Part shown: positions 18,724 to 27,503 of the stretch, piece after piece
Numbering within the stretch: the first letter of the stretch is position 1
Layout: each line of letters opens with the position of its first letter
From: Chloroflexota bacterium
GTDB lineage: Bacteria > Chloroflexota > Dehalococcoidia > Bin125
Assembly (NCBI GenBank): GCA_009838915.1
Contig: VXQT01000011.1
Span: forward strand, 76,835 to 140,834
DNA: 64,000 bases
Direction of reading: 5' to 3'
Program-made: the position numbers and the translations under genes
Notes under the pieces: model-generated
What the model was told of the DNA's origin: nothing
The model's database searches: none
The model's input: the letters and a program-made list of their open reading frames with translations, nothing else

Positions 18724-19758
18724 TTAGACCGTGATCAGTTCGCGCATGTCGGGGGCCATGCGGTCGAGGCGGTCGCCGAGGCCGACCACCTGGAGTCGGT
18801 GGTAGTACTCGTTGATCTGCTTCTTGCGCATCAGCATGACGAGGTTGTAACCCTCGTCGAGGTACTCGATGCCGCCGCCGGCGAGCACGGCCAGCGCCTC
18901 ACCGGTAATCGGGTTGGTCGTCAGGCCGGCCTGCGTGTTCTGCACGGTCTCGTTAATGTCGAGGTAGTGGTGCAGTTCTTCCTTGCGCCAGGGCTGCGTC
19001 TCGACGGTGTACTTGGTGTGCGTGACGCCGAACGCGAGGTGGCGCGATTCGTCCTGCGCGGAGAGGCGGAACATGCGCTTCTCTGCCTCGTTCTGTCCGA
19101 TCAGCTCGCCCATGCGGAAGAGCGACTGGACCAGACCCTCGGCGAACAGGTGGAGGATCGCGGTCATCTCGGTGAAGTCGTCAATCGCGAGCAGACCGAC
19201 GGCGCCCAGACCGGCCGGGGACATCCCGCCGCCGTTGACGAGGACGCGCTTGCGGAACACGTCGAGGTGGCGCGCTTCGTCCATGAGCTGGGTGCCGAGG
19301 AAGAGCTGCGACTCAAAGAAGTCCGGGTGAACCGTCTCGAGGAAGCGACCGGGCACGTCGCCGGCGATGAACTCGACCTGGGTGAGGAAGGTGCACAACG
19401 TGCACATCGCCTTCTCAATGTCGTCGGGCTGGTCGCCGATGGTGTCCCAGGGAATGTCGCGAGCCGAGGACCACTGGCGCTGCAGGGCCTCTTCGTAGAG
19501 CAGCATCGCCGACTCGGACCAGACGTCGCCCTTGTCGCGGTACTGGCGGGCGTGGGCGTTCGAGCGGGGATCGGCCTCGATGCCGCGCGGCGCGAAGGAG
19601 CGCACATCGGCCTGGTCGAGATCATCGACGCCGGCCATGCGCTGGTTGATCGACTGCAGAGTGACTCCCTTGCGGCCGGCCTTGACTTCGAACTCGTCGT
19701 CGGTCTCCAGGTTCAGCCAGTCAAGGTTGAGTCCCGGGTTCTCGATCGCGGTGACCAT
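18724..19758 (-). CDS. Ferritin-like di-iron carboxylate protein (putative oxygenase catalytic subunit)
   Basis: E (TQVEF)...DEARH...E (FAEG)...DESRH, the four-helix di-iron ligand pattern. Confidence 0.82.
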   Translation of the reverse strand: MVTAIENPGLNLDWLNLETDDEFEVKAGRKGVTLQSINQRMAGVDDLDQADVRSFAPRGIEADPRSNAHARQYRDKGDVWSESAMLLYEEALQRQWSSARDIPWDTIGDQPDDIEKAMCTLCTFLTQVEFIAGDVPGRFLETVHPDFFESQLFLGTQLMDEARHLDVFRKRVLVNGGGMSPAGLGAVGLLAIDDFTEMTAILHLFAEGLVQSLFRMGELIGQNEAEKRMFRLSAQDESRHLAFGVTHTKYTVETQPWRKEELHHYLDINETVQNTQAGLTTNPITGEALAVLAGGGIEYLDEGYNLVMLMRKKQINEYYHRLQVVGLGDRLDRMAPDMRELITV

Positions 19759-19829
19759 GGTCTGTTCCTGTCTTCATCCAGCGCAACGCGCCGATCTGTT
19801 CGGTTGCCTCAAGCCTACCAGCTAGCGCG

Positions 19830-22064
19830 CTATGGCTGGGCGGTGGAGATATCAAAGCTCGCGCGCAGGAAGTTGACCAGGTCCCAGCGTTCCTGGTCGG
19901 ACAGTTGCGGCGACCAGGCAGGCATCCCGGTCCCGCGAATGCCGTCCGTGATCCAGGCGAACAGCACACCGTCGGGATGGAAGGGCACATGAACGGTGAA
20001 GTTCGCCGGCGGCGCTGGCAGCGTGTCGGCGAGGGGGCCGTCGCCCGCGCCTTGCTCGCCGTGACAGGAGGCGCAGTTGCGAGCGAAGAGGGCCTCGCCG
20101 CGGTTAATCGACTCCTCCGTTCGCACCACGGGATTGGCCAGGGTGCGGCCCGGCTCGACGTGTAGTCCGGTCAGCAGGACGACCGCGACGATCAGTCCCA
20201 GCACGCCGCCGGCGAAGGCGGCATCGCCGCCGCGCGGTCCCCAGCGGGCGCGGATCTGCGGTCTGTTGATCCAGGCCAGAGCAGCAATCAGGAACGCCCA
20301 GAGCGCACCAACGCCGTTCCAGTCCATCTGTGTCAGCGGCAACGCGAGCGCGCCACCACGGTCGGCGGCAAACGGCGACGCCTGGTAGCCCGACTCAACG
20401 CTGCTGCGAACTCCCGCGATCAGGTCGTTGCCTGAGGCGCGGCGCATCTCCATCTCCACGGTCCACTCGCCGGGCAGGCCAAAGTACGCGCCCTCGAGCT
20501 GGAATCGACCATCCGCGAGCCTGGAGGTTGCGACAGTTACCGGCCCGACGCTGCGGTCCTGGTAGCGGAAACGCAGGAGCATGACTTCCACCAGGTTTTC
20601 CGACGGTGCATCTACAGTCGCGGTCCAGGTGTTGAATCCGACCAGGTTGGGGGAGATCTCCAGGGAGGCCACTACGTCACCTCGGGCGACGGTCTCGAGG
20701 ATCGTGTTGTCCTTCTGCTCGACCTCGGGCTGGGCGCTCGCCGGCGAGGGAAGCTGGGTGAGCACGCCGGAAACGGCGATCACGACGAGCCCGAGGGCTA
20801 CTTCGGCTCGCATCATTCGGGAGAATCTGCGGACCAGGACCGGGTCAGAACCGGCCGCCTGGGCATCACGGGGCCGCAGCAGGAATGCGTTGGCGGCGGC
20901 GGCGGCGAAGAGCAATGCCAAAAAGACCAGCTTGACGATGAAGGCCGCGCCCCAATCGGTCTCGGCAATGCCGTCGATGTCGGGAATCTGGATCAGCGCC
21001 GAAAGTAGTCCGGCGGCCACGAGGATCGGGACGAGTAGCGCGGCCGCGATTGAGAATCGACGCACGGACTCGATCCGGTCGGCGCGATTCGCGCGAATGG
21101 CAATCAACAGCGCGGCGAGTCCGCCGATCCAGATGGCGACCGCCGCCAGGTGGAGCGCATCGAACAGCGTGCCCCAGATCCAGCCGGAGCCGATCGCCGC
21201 GCCGTGCGAGATTGCGGATGTCGAGGAGAGCCATGCGATGGCAATGACCGCAAGGACAACGAGGATGGGCCGCCCCCCTCTGTCGCTCCGCGACATCTCC
21301 CCCCGCTGCGCGGGGGGAGAGCGGAGAGTGAGGAAGGAGAGAGTTAGCCCTGCGACGCTCAGGGCATACCAGCGTTGTTGCAACCAGAGTCCGTTGCGGG
21401 AGTCGAAGAGGACATCCCCGAGGAACCCGATGTCGCCGAGCCGCAGCGCTCCGGCGATCGCCTCGTAGCCGGTGGTGACAAGTCCGACGACGACGGCCAG
21501 CGACATGAGCGGCACGAGCGGCGGCAAAGGTGAGGGCCGCAGCAACGCCGACACGAACACCGCGCCCACGAACAGGACGAGCGCGCCGAGGCCGATGGCC
21601 TTGACGGCGGAATCGGCGGCGACCGGCGGGCCGGGGCGATCGAGGTTGACCTCGACGCCGCTACCGGCCGGCGCCGAGCCGTCGGGATTAAGCACGGAGA
21701 ACACGTAGGAGCCGGTCCAGGTGTGGCCGTCGACCTCGGAGAGCGTCTCCCAGACCACCGTGTAGACGCCGGGATCGAGCCGCAGCACGCGAACGCTCAT
21801 CTGCGTCGGCACGGCATCGGAGAACTCGGTCGAGCCGATGTCGCGGCGCTGTCCGCCGCTGTCCAGCACCTCGACGGAGCTGTGACTGCGCTGGAGTTGC
21901 TCGGTCATGAACAGCGTGATCCGCGTTGGCGACTCGCGCAGCGAGGCATTGATCGGCGGGTCGGCGCGGGCGAGCAGCGCGTGCGCCTCGGCGTCTCGTG
22001 TCGTGACCAGCGCGCTCGCCAGCACGGTCAGGGCCACTGCTACAAGCAGAGCAACGCGCTTCAT
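19830..22064 (-). CDS. CopC-CopD fusion with C-terminal c-type cytochrome domain
   Basis: Signal peptide then HALLARADPP and DGH (CopC); ISHGAA and LHLAAVAIWIGG (CopD); CASCHG...GMPAW heme c domain; ATG 22064 overlaps the upstream TGA. Confidence 0.88.
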   Translation of the reverse strand: MKRVALLVAVALTVLASALVTTRDAEAHALLARADPPINASLRESPTRITLFMTEQLQRSHSSVEVLDSGGQRRDIGSTEFSDAVPTQMSVRVLRLDPGVYTVVWETLSEVDGHTWTGSYVFSVLNPDGSAPAGSGVEVNLDRPGPPVAADSAVKAIGLGALVLFVGAVFVSALLRPSPLPPLVPLMSLAVVVGLVTTGYEAIAGALRLGDIGFLGDVLFDSRNGLWLQQRWYALSVAGLTLSFLTLRSPPAQRGEMSRSDRGGRPILVVLAVIAIAWLSSTSAISHGAAIGSGWIWGTLFDALHLAAVAIWIGGLAALLIAIRANRADRIESVRRFSIAAALLVPILVAAGLLSALIQIPDIDGIAETDWGAAFIVKLVFLALLFAAAAANAFLLRPRDAQAAGSDPVLVRRFSRMMRAEVALGLVVIAVSGVLTQLPSPASAQPEVEQKDNTILETVARGDVVASLEISPNLVGFNTWTATVDAPSENLVEVMLLRFRYQDRSVGPVTVATSRLADGRFQLEGAYFGLPGEWTVEMEMRRASGNDLIAGVRSSVESGYQASPFAADRGGALALPLTQMDWNGVGALWAFLIAALAWINRPQIRARWGPRGGDAAFAGGVLGLIVAVVLLTGLHVEPGRTLANPVVRTEESINRGEALFARNCASCHGEQGAGDGPLADTLPAPPANFTVHVPFHPDGVLFAWITDGIRGTGMPAWSPQLSDQERWDLVNFLRASFDISTAQP
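21272..21321. repeat. Family A palindromic repeat lying in frame inside the CopCD gene
   Basis: gcccccctctgtcgctccgcgacatctccccccgctgcgcggggggagag; translated as SPPAQRGEMSRSDRGG on the minus strand. Confidence 0.9.
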
Positions 22065-23077
22065 TGCGTCGCGTCCGCACGCTCGAAGACCGACTCGCGA
22101 AGGGCCGCCCACTCCTCGTCGCTGACGGTTCCCAGCCAGTCGATCCAGCCGTGAAACTCGCCCGGCGCAACGGCGTACGCCGGTTCAAGAGAAGTAGTGG
22201 AGATCAGGTAGGTGCCGAACGCGCCGAAGACCAGCGCGTGACGGCCGTCGCTGGAGAGTGTGAAGTCGGGCTGGTCCTCGCTGACGGCGGCGATCTGCCT
22301 CAGATCACCGCTGGTCAGGTCGACGCGCCAGATGTCCTCAGGCCCATTCAGCCCAAGCGCCACCGCAGAGACCTGGGGTAGATACTGGCCGGCCGAGAAC
22401 AGTACGCTCCCGCCGTCGGCGCTGAATCGGGGAATCCGATACGGCCTGGGCTGCCAGGTGCGTTCCGGATCGAGGACCGTCTCGAATCCATCCTCCAGCC
22501 GCCGCACCACCAGGTGCGGGTCGCCGCTGTACGGCGCGCTGACGAACACGATCCGTGCGCCGTCAGGTGAGATGGCAGCATCGCGGGCATCGGCGCGAAG
22601 GAGTTCGATCAATCCGCTGCGAAGGTCCAGGCGCTTCACGCTGATCGGCTCGGCTACCGGTTCGTGCGTGAAGATCAGGGCGTGGCCATCGGGCGTCCAG
22701 CGCGGGTTCCAAACGAACTCGGCGGCGCCGTCTCGTGCGACGACAGTTCGCTGCGTTGGTTCGTTGATGTTGGAGACCGCCAGGTCCGTGCCGATCGTCG
22801 CGCCTTCCGCGTGCGTGAGCTGGAACACGACGTAGGCCACCTGCGTACCGTCAGGTGAGATGGCCGGGTGGAGCAGCTGCTGTTCTTGTCCTGCCGCTAT
22901 CAACAGGCGCGGGCCCTCATCGTCCTGAATCCAGAGGTCGACGCCGACGGTGAAGACAAGCAGTCCCGGAACGGGAATGCGGCGCTCGCCGTGATCAGAT
23001 TCGCTCGCTCCACCGCAGCCGACGAGCAGGATGGCGAACGCGGACAAGGCAGCTGCGAGGCTGAGGGCGGGGTGCAT
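22061..23077 (-). CDS. Lipoprotein with TolB/PD40-like beta-propeller
   Basis: Lipobox LVGC; repeated PAISPDG, PRWTPDG, ISPDG, PRFSADG, LSSDG blades. Confidence 0.8.
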   Translation of the reverse strand: MHPALSLAAALSAFAILLVGCGGASESDHGERRIPVPGLLVFTVGVDLWIQDDEGPRLLIAAGQEQQLLHPAISPDGTQVAYVVFQLTHAEGATIGTDLAVSNINEPTQRTVVARDGAAEFVWNPRWTPDGHALIFTHEPVAEPISVKRLDLRSGLIELLRADARDAAISPDGARIVFVSAPYSGDPHLVVRRLEDGFETVLDPERTWQPRPYRIPRFSADGGSVLFSAGQYLPQVSAVALGLNGPEDIWRVDLTSGDLRQIAAVSEDQPDFTLSSDGRHALVFGAFGTYLISTTSLEPAYAVAPGEFHGWIDWLGTVSDEEWAALRESVFERADATQ

Positions 23078-23745
23078 CAGTCGGCCCGTCTGCGTTGCCC
23101 CAGACGGTAGCTCAGGGCTGCGACGAGTAGGAATCCTGCTGTAGCGCCCACGGCCAACCAGATCACTGGGCCAGCATCGATCGAGACATCGTCATTCTCT
23201 GACGCACGCACTACGACTGGCGGTTCCGTGCTCGGAGTGTCCGATGCTGCCGGCTCCTCAGGCCCGTCGCCGGAATAGAAGACAAGCAGATCGCCGGCAA
23301 TCCGCCGATCGTCGCTCTGTTCAGCGGCCGTCGGCTCGCGTGTGACGTAGAAGGGATAAGAGCCCGAGTCCTCGTCGCCGTCCTCGGCCGACAGATTGGT
23401 CCAGGAGACCAGATAGCGACCGGGCGCGAGCTGGCGCGTGACATCAGCCGTCATCAGCTTGCGATCCTCGTTGCCGATTCGCGCCTGAGTGACTTCAATT
23501 GCATTGCCCGAATCGGCGTGGCGCAGGCTGATCGCGTTGGCGCCTTCGCGGCGGAAGAGTTCCTGGGTGAAGCGGATGCTGATCTCATCCGGCGACTCCG
23601 ACAGCACCTCGGCGAAACCCGGCGACGAAGATTCGTAGGCCGCGTGCGCCGATGCGCCAGGCGTGAACAGCAAACCGGCGGCCGTGCTCACCAGCAGGGC
23701 CAGCAGCAGCGGCAACGAGCGTCGCTTATTCGTCGTGACCACCAT
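23077..23745 (-). CDS. CopC-family protein with C-terminal membrane anchor
   Basis: ASA-HAAYESSSP mature N-terminus, LAPGRYLVSW..LSAEDG; C-terminal hydrophobic helix plus RRR. Confidence 0.82.
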   Translation of the reverse strand: MVVTTNKRRSLPLLLALLVSTAAGLLFTPGASAHAAYESSSPGFAEVLSESPDEISIRFTQELFRREGANAISLRHADSGNAIEVTQARIGNEDRKLMTADVTRQLAPGRYLVSWTNLSAEDGDEDSGSYPFYVTREPTAAEQSDDRRIAGDLLVFYSGDGPEEPAASDTPSTEPPVVVRASENDDVSIDAGPVIWLAVGATAGFLLVAALSYRLGQRRRAD

Positions 23746-24253
23746 GAGGATCGTCGTGCATCGGAGGTTCGAGACCGGCCAGTTCGGGCACGGCAGGTAG
23801 CGACTCGTTGCTCAGCCATGCTTCGAGCGTCGCCTCAAAGGTATGCGCGAGCGCGTGGACGATCTTGGACGGCTCGGCGGCGGCCTGAGCACTGTCCTCC
23901 CGGAACGCCACCAGCAGCGCGTCGATCCAGTCGGCATACTGCGTCACGTGCTCTTGCAGCTCGAGCGGCCAATCGACCCAGCCCAGCGTCTCGTGGGCTC
24001 GGGTCGCCCAGATCACGGCGTCGGCGGTAATTCGCTGTTCGTTACGCACTATCGCGTCGAGATGGTGATAGCGCAGAGGATTCAGTGGTTCGAGCGCGGC
24101 GATGATCTGGGCGCGCTGGGCGGCCTCGGTCGCGCGGGCCGCCTCGACCTGCGCTTCTTCGATGTCGTCTTCGAAGGTCGGTCGGCAGGCGCTGAGGGTC
24201 AGACCTAAGACCAGCGGCAAGGCAATCGCCAGGAGGAAGCGATGTTGTCTCAT
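23726..24253 (-). CDS. Hypothetical His-containing lipoprotein
   Basis: Lipobox LSAC; YHHLD, HALAH, tail MHDDPHGGHDE; first gene of an overlapping four-gene operon. Confidence 0.75.
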   Translation of the reverse strand: MRQHRFLLAIALPLVLGLTLSACRPTFEDDIEEAQVEAARATEAAQRAQIIAALEPLNPLRYHHLDAIVRNEQRITADAVIWATRAHETLGWVDWPLELQEHVTQYADWIDALLVAFREDSAQAAAEPSKIVHALAHTFEATLEAWLSNESLPAVPELAGLEPPMHDDPHGGHDE

Positions 24254-24352
24254 CTAGACTGAGCATACGCGCAGTTCCGTCGAACAAGGCGGTTCGAGCT
24301 GACTGCAGACCAACACCAAAACAACAGCTAACACACCAAGCGAGGCAGCAGC

Positions 24353-24712
24353 ATGTATCTGGCCATGAACCGATTCACGGTCAACGTTGAGCGCGAGGCG
24401 GAGTGGGAACAAATCTGGAAGGACCGCGAGACGTATCTCAAGGAAGTGCCGGGTTTCGTCCAGTTCATGCTGCTGCGCGGCGCGGAGCCGGGCGACTACA
24501 TCTCGTATTCGGCCTGGGAAAGCCAGGCTGCCTTCTACGCATGGACCCAGTCGGAAGCGTTCCGCAAGGGCCACGCCCAGGGCACCGTCGCCGGCGTGCT
24601 GATGAGTCCGCCGCAGCTCGGCCTTTACGAGCCGGTGATCAACGAAACCGCCTCCACGCGAGAGCTGACCGACACGTCGCCAGACCCGAATCGGCGCGGT
24701 CCTCGGCACTAG
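24353..24712 (+). CDS. Antibiotic biosynthesis monooxygenase, IsdG/HmoA-like heme-degrading family
   Basis: AMNRF, VPGF, WES..AF.AWTQSEAFRKGH retaining the Asn/Trp/His residues. Confidence 0.85.
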   Translation: MYLAMNRFTVNVEREAEWEQIWKDRETYLKEVPGFVQFMLLRGAEPGDYISYSAWESQAAFYAWTQSEAFRKGHAQGTVAGVLMSPPQLGLYEPVINETASTRELTDTSPDPNRRGPRH

Positions 24713-24841
24713 CGAAGTTGCCCTGTAGGCGAGTTGCCGTCTTTCGGAAGCTATAGACCCGCGATGGTAGCCTGTGTCTACCTGTGAAATTTTTCCCGCT
24801 CGGCTCACGGGTAGACGAGTGGGCAGAGAGGAACACCAGAC

Positions 24842-25744
24842 ATGGGAATGCTTGATGGCCGCGTGGCGATCGTTACCGGCGCCGGGCGCGGCATCGGCGC
24901 AGAGACGGCGAAGCTGTTCGCCTCCGAGGGCGCCAAGGTGGTCGTCAACGACCTTGGCGGCGCCGTAGACGGCAGCGGCGGCGCGTCCGGGCCGGCAGAC
25001 GAGGTCGTCGCCGCGATCCGCGACGCCGGCGGCGAAGCGGTGTCCAACTACTCCTCGGTCTCCGACTACAACGCGGCCGAGGGCATCGTCAAAGACGCGC
25101 TGGACAACTTCGGCGACCTCGACATCGTCGTCAACACCGCCGGCATCCTGCGCGACCGGATGGTCTTCAACATGACCGAAGCCGAGTGGGACGCCGTCGT
25201 CGACGTGCATATGAAGGGTCACTTCAACCTCACCAAGTACGCCGCGATCCACTGGCGCTCGGAGCGCAAGGGTCACTACCGACTGATCAACTTCTCCTCC
25301 GTCTCCGGCATCTTCGGCGCACCGGGCCAGCCCAACTACGCGGCGGCCAAAATGGGCATTGTCGGTTTCACCTACAGCTGCGCCAATGCGCTGGGCCGCT
25401 ATGGCGCGACCGCCAACGCGATCTCGCCCGGCGCCTCGACGCGAATGACCGACACCGTGCCTGAGGAGCGCCGCGGCGCAGGTTCGGTAGGAGACTCGTC
25501 CGAGGAAGACCCCCAGCGCTCGCCGGCCAACGTCGCCGTGCCGCTGGTCTACATGGCCTCCGAACAGTCCGACTGGCTGACCGGCCAGATTGTCGGCGCA
25601 TCCGGCTACGAGCTACAGCTCTTCAACAAGCCCGCGGTGATCCGCCAGGTGCGCGGCACCGAGCGCTGGACGGTCGAGGGCGCGGCTCAACAGATCGAGG
25701 AACTGTTCAAGCCGGCCGTCACCGGCGGCGGCTTCTTCGGGTAG
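24842..25744 (+). CDS. SDR family oxidoreductase (MFE-2 dehydrogenase-like)
   Basis: TGAGRGIG, VVVNDLG, AGILRDR, GQPNYAAAK. Confidence 0.92.
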   Translation: MGMLDGRVAIVTGAGRGIGAETAKLFASEGAKVVVNDLGGAVDGSGGASGPADEVVAAIRDAGGEAVSNYSSVSDYNAAEGIVKDALDNFGDLDIVVNTAGILRDRMVFNMTEAEWDAVVDVHMKGHFNLTKYAAIHWRSERKGHYRLINFSSVSGIFGAPGQPNYAAAKMGIVGFTYSCANALGRYGATANAISPGASTRMTDTVPEERRGAGSVGDSSEEDPQRSPANVAVPLVYMASEQSDWLTGQIVGASGYELQLFNKPAVIRQVRGTERWTVEGAAQQIEELFKPAVTGGGFFG

Positions 25745-25754
25745 CGTTTCTCCT

Positions 25755-25886
25755 TCTCCCCCCGCTCTGCGGGGGGAGATGTCACGGAGTGACAGAGGGG
25801 GGCTCGCACTTCAGCGCAAGTAGCGCTGCACCCCCCTTCAGTCCCCCCGCCTTCGCGGGGGCAGGCTCTACGGGACAGCTTCCCCC
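25755..25886. repeat. Composite repeat: inverted pair of family A units, the second interrupted by a family B-like palindrome
   Basis: Unit 1 at 25755-25803; unit 2 ccccccttcagtccc[cccgccttcgcgggggcaggctc]tacgggacagcttccccc at 25831-25886. Confidence 0.8.
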
Positions 25887-25926
25887 AAGAGCGAAGCGGG
25901 TGGACCGACAGAAAGGAACCAACATC

Positions 25927-26832
25927 ATGGGCATGCTTGACAATCGCGTCGCAATCGTGACCGGCGCGGGTCGTGGAATCGGCTCCGAAGTCTCGAAGCT
26001 TTTCGCCGCCAACGGCGCCAGCGTGGTCGTCAACGACCTCGGCGGCGCAGTCGACGGCAGTGGCGCCGAGTCCGGCCCGGCCGACGAAACCGTCGCGGCG
26101 ATTCGCGACGCCGGCGGCAACGCGGTGGCCAACTACACCTCGGTCGCCGACTACGACGGCGCGGAGGGCATCGTCCAGCAAGCGCTGGACGAGTACGGCC
26201 GGCTCGACATCCTCGTCAATGTCGCCGGCAACTTGCGCGACCGGATGGTCTTCAACATGACCGAGGAAGAATGGGATGCGGTCGTGGCGGTGCACATGAA
26301 GGGCACCTTCAACACGACCAAGTACGCCTCGATCTACTGGCGCGCAAACCGCGAAGGCCACTACCGGCTGATCAACTTCACCTCAGGCTCGGGTCTGCAC
26401 GGTGCGCCGGGACAGCCCAACTACGCCGCGGCCAAGCTGGGCATCGTCGGCTTCACCTATAGCTGCGCCAACGCGCTGGGACGCTACGGTGTCACCTCCA
26501 ACGCGATCGGCCCGGGCGCATCGACGCGGATGACCGATACCGTGCCGGAGGATCGCCGGCGGCGACCGATGGACGACTCGGACAACATCGTCGACATGCG
26601 CCGCTCGCCGGCCAATGTCGCCGTTCCGCTCGTCTTCATCGCGTCCGAGGAATCCGACTGGCTCAACGGTCAGGTGATCCGCGCGATGGGCTACGACATT
26701 GGCCTGTACAGCCAGTACAAGCTGATCCGCGAGCTGAGCGGCACCGAGATGTGGACGGTCGAGCGCGCCGCCGAGGAGATGGATCGCGTGTTCCGACCGG
26801 CCATCGAAGCCGGCAACGTAATCGGCGGCTGA
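25927..26832 (+). CDS. SDR family oxidoreductase, tandem paralog of 24842-25744
   Basis: Near-colinear sequence MGMLDNRVAIVTGAGRGIG...GQPNYAAAK; RBS aaagga before ATG 25927. Confidence 0.92.
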   Translation: MGMLDNRVAIVTGAGRGIGSEVSKLFAANGASVVVNDLGGAVDGSGAESGPADETVAAIRDAGGNAVANYTSVADYDGAEGIVQQALDEYGRLDILVNVAGNLRDRMVFNMTEEEWDAVVAVHMKGTFNTTKYASIYWRANREGHYRLINFTSGSGLHGAPGQPNYAAAKLGIVGFTYSCANALGRYGVTSNAIGPGASTRMTDTVPEDRRRRPMDDSDNIVDMRRSPANVAVPLVFIASEESDWLNGQVIRAMGYDIGLYSQYKLIRELSGTEMWTVERAAEEMDRVFRPAIEAGNVIGG

Positions 26833-26869
26833 CCAGGCTCACTGGTTCAAACCCGGTTGACCTACGCTG

Positions 26870-26896
26870 ACGGCGGACCTCACGGTCCGCCGTTTT
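26870..26896 (+). terminator. Putative intrinsic terminator after the SDR pair
   Basis: acggcggacc-tcac-ggtccgccgt 10-bp stem followed by a short T run; a TACGCT hexamer lies just upstream (26863-26868). Confidence 0.55.
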
Positions 26897-26921
26897 GCGT
26901 TCTTGCTTCCCTGGAACTGCC

Positions 26922-27440
26922 ATGACAGACGAACTCACGATTCGAACCGCCACGGACGAAGACGTCCCACAGCTCGCCGATCTGTACAACCACTACATTC
27001 TGACCAGCCCGGCGACATTCGACACGGAGCCGCACACAGTCGCGGCGAAGCGCGATTGGTTCTCGAAGTACTCGGACTCCGGACCGTACCGGGTGATGGT
27101 CGCGGTCGAGCCCGATGGCCGGATCGTTGGTCACTCGTACTCCAGCGCGCTGTATCCCAAGGCGGCCTACGACAGCAGCGTCGCCACCAGCGTCTATCTG
27201 CTGCCCGGCGAGGTCAGCCGCGGCCTCGGCACCAGGCTGTGGTACGCGCTCTACGAGGAGCTGCGCAAGGTGGACGAACTGCACCAGCTCTTCGCGCTGA
27301 TCACGTTGCCCAACGACGCGTCGGTGGCGATGACCGAGCGAGTCGGCTACACCCTCTCGGGCGTTTGGAAGGAGTGCGGCCGCAAGTTCGACCAGTACTG
27401 GGATGTCGGCATCTGGCAACGTCCCCTGCGGCTTGGTTGA
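26922..27440 (+). CDS. GNAT acetyltransferase, phosphinothricin/methionine sulfoximine acetyltransferase-like
   Basis: LYNHYI..SPATFD, KAAY..SV.TSVY, RGLG, LPNDASV, GRKF..YWDV. Confidence 0.88.
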   Translation: MTDELTIRTATDEDVPQLADLYNHYILTSPATFDTEPHTVAAKRDWFSKYSDSGPYRVMVAVEPDGRIVGHSYSSALYPKAAYDSSVATSVYLLPGEVSRGLGTRLWYALYEELRKVDELHQLFALITLPNDASVAMTERVGYTLSGVWKECGRKFDQYWDVGIWQRPLRLG

Positions 27441-27503
27441 TCGGGTGCTGTTAGCCTCGAACCGTTGATCTCCAGTAGCAGCGAAGACGATGAGGAATCG
27501 ACC

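Noticed and set aside
26844-26854. tRNA T-loop-like ggttcaaaccc
   Set aside because: No cloverleaf can be built around it.
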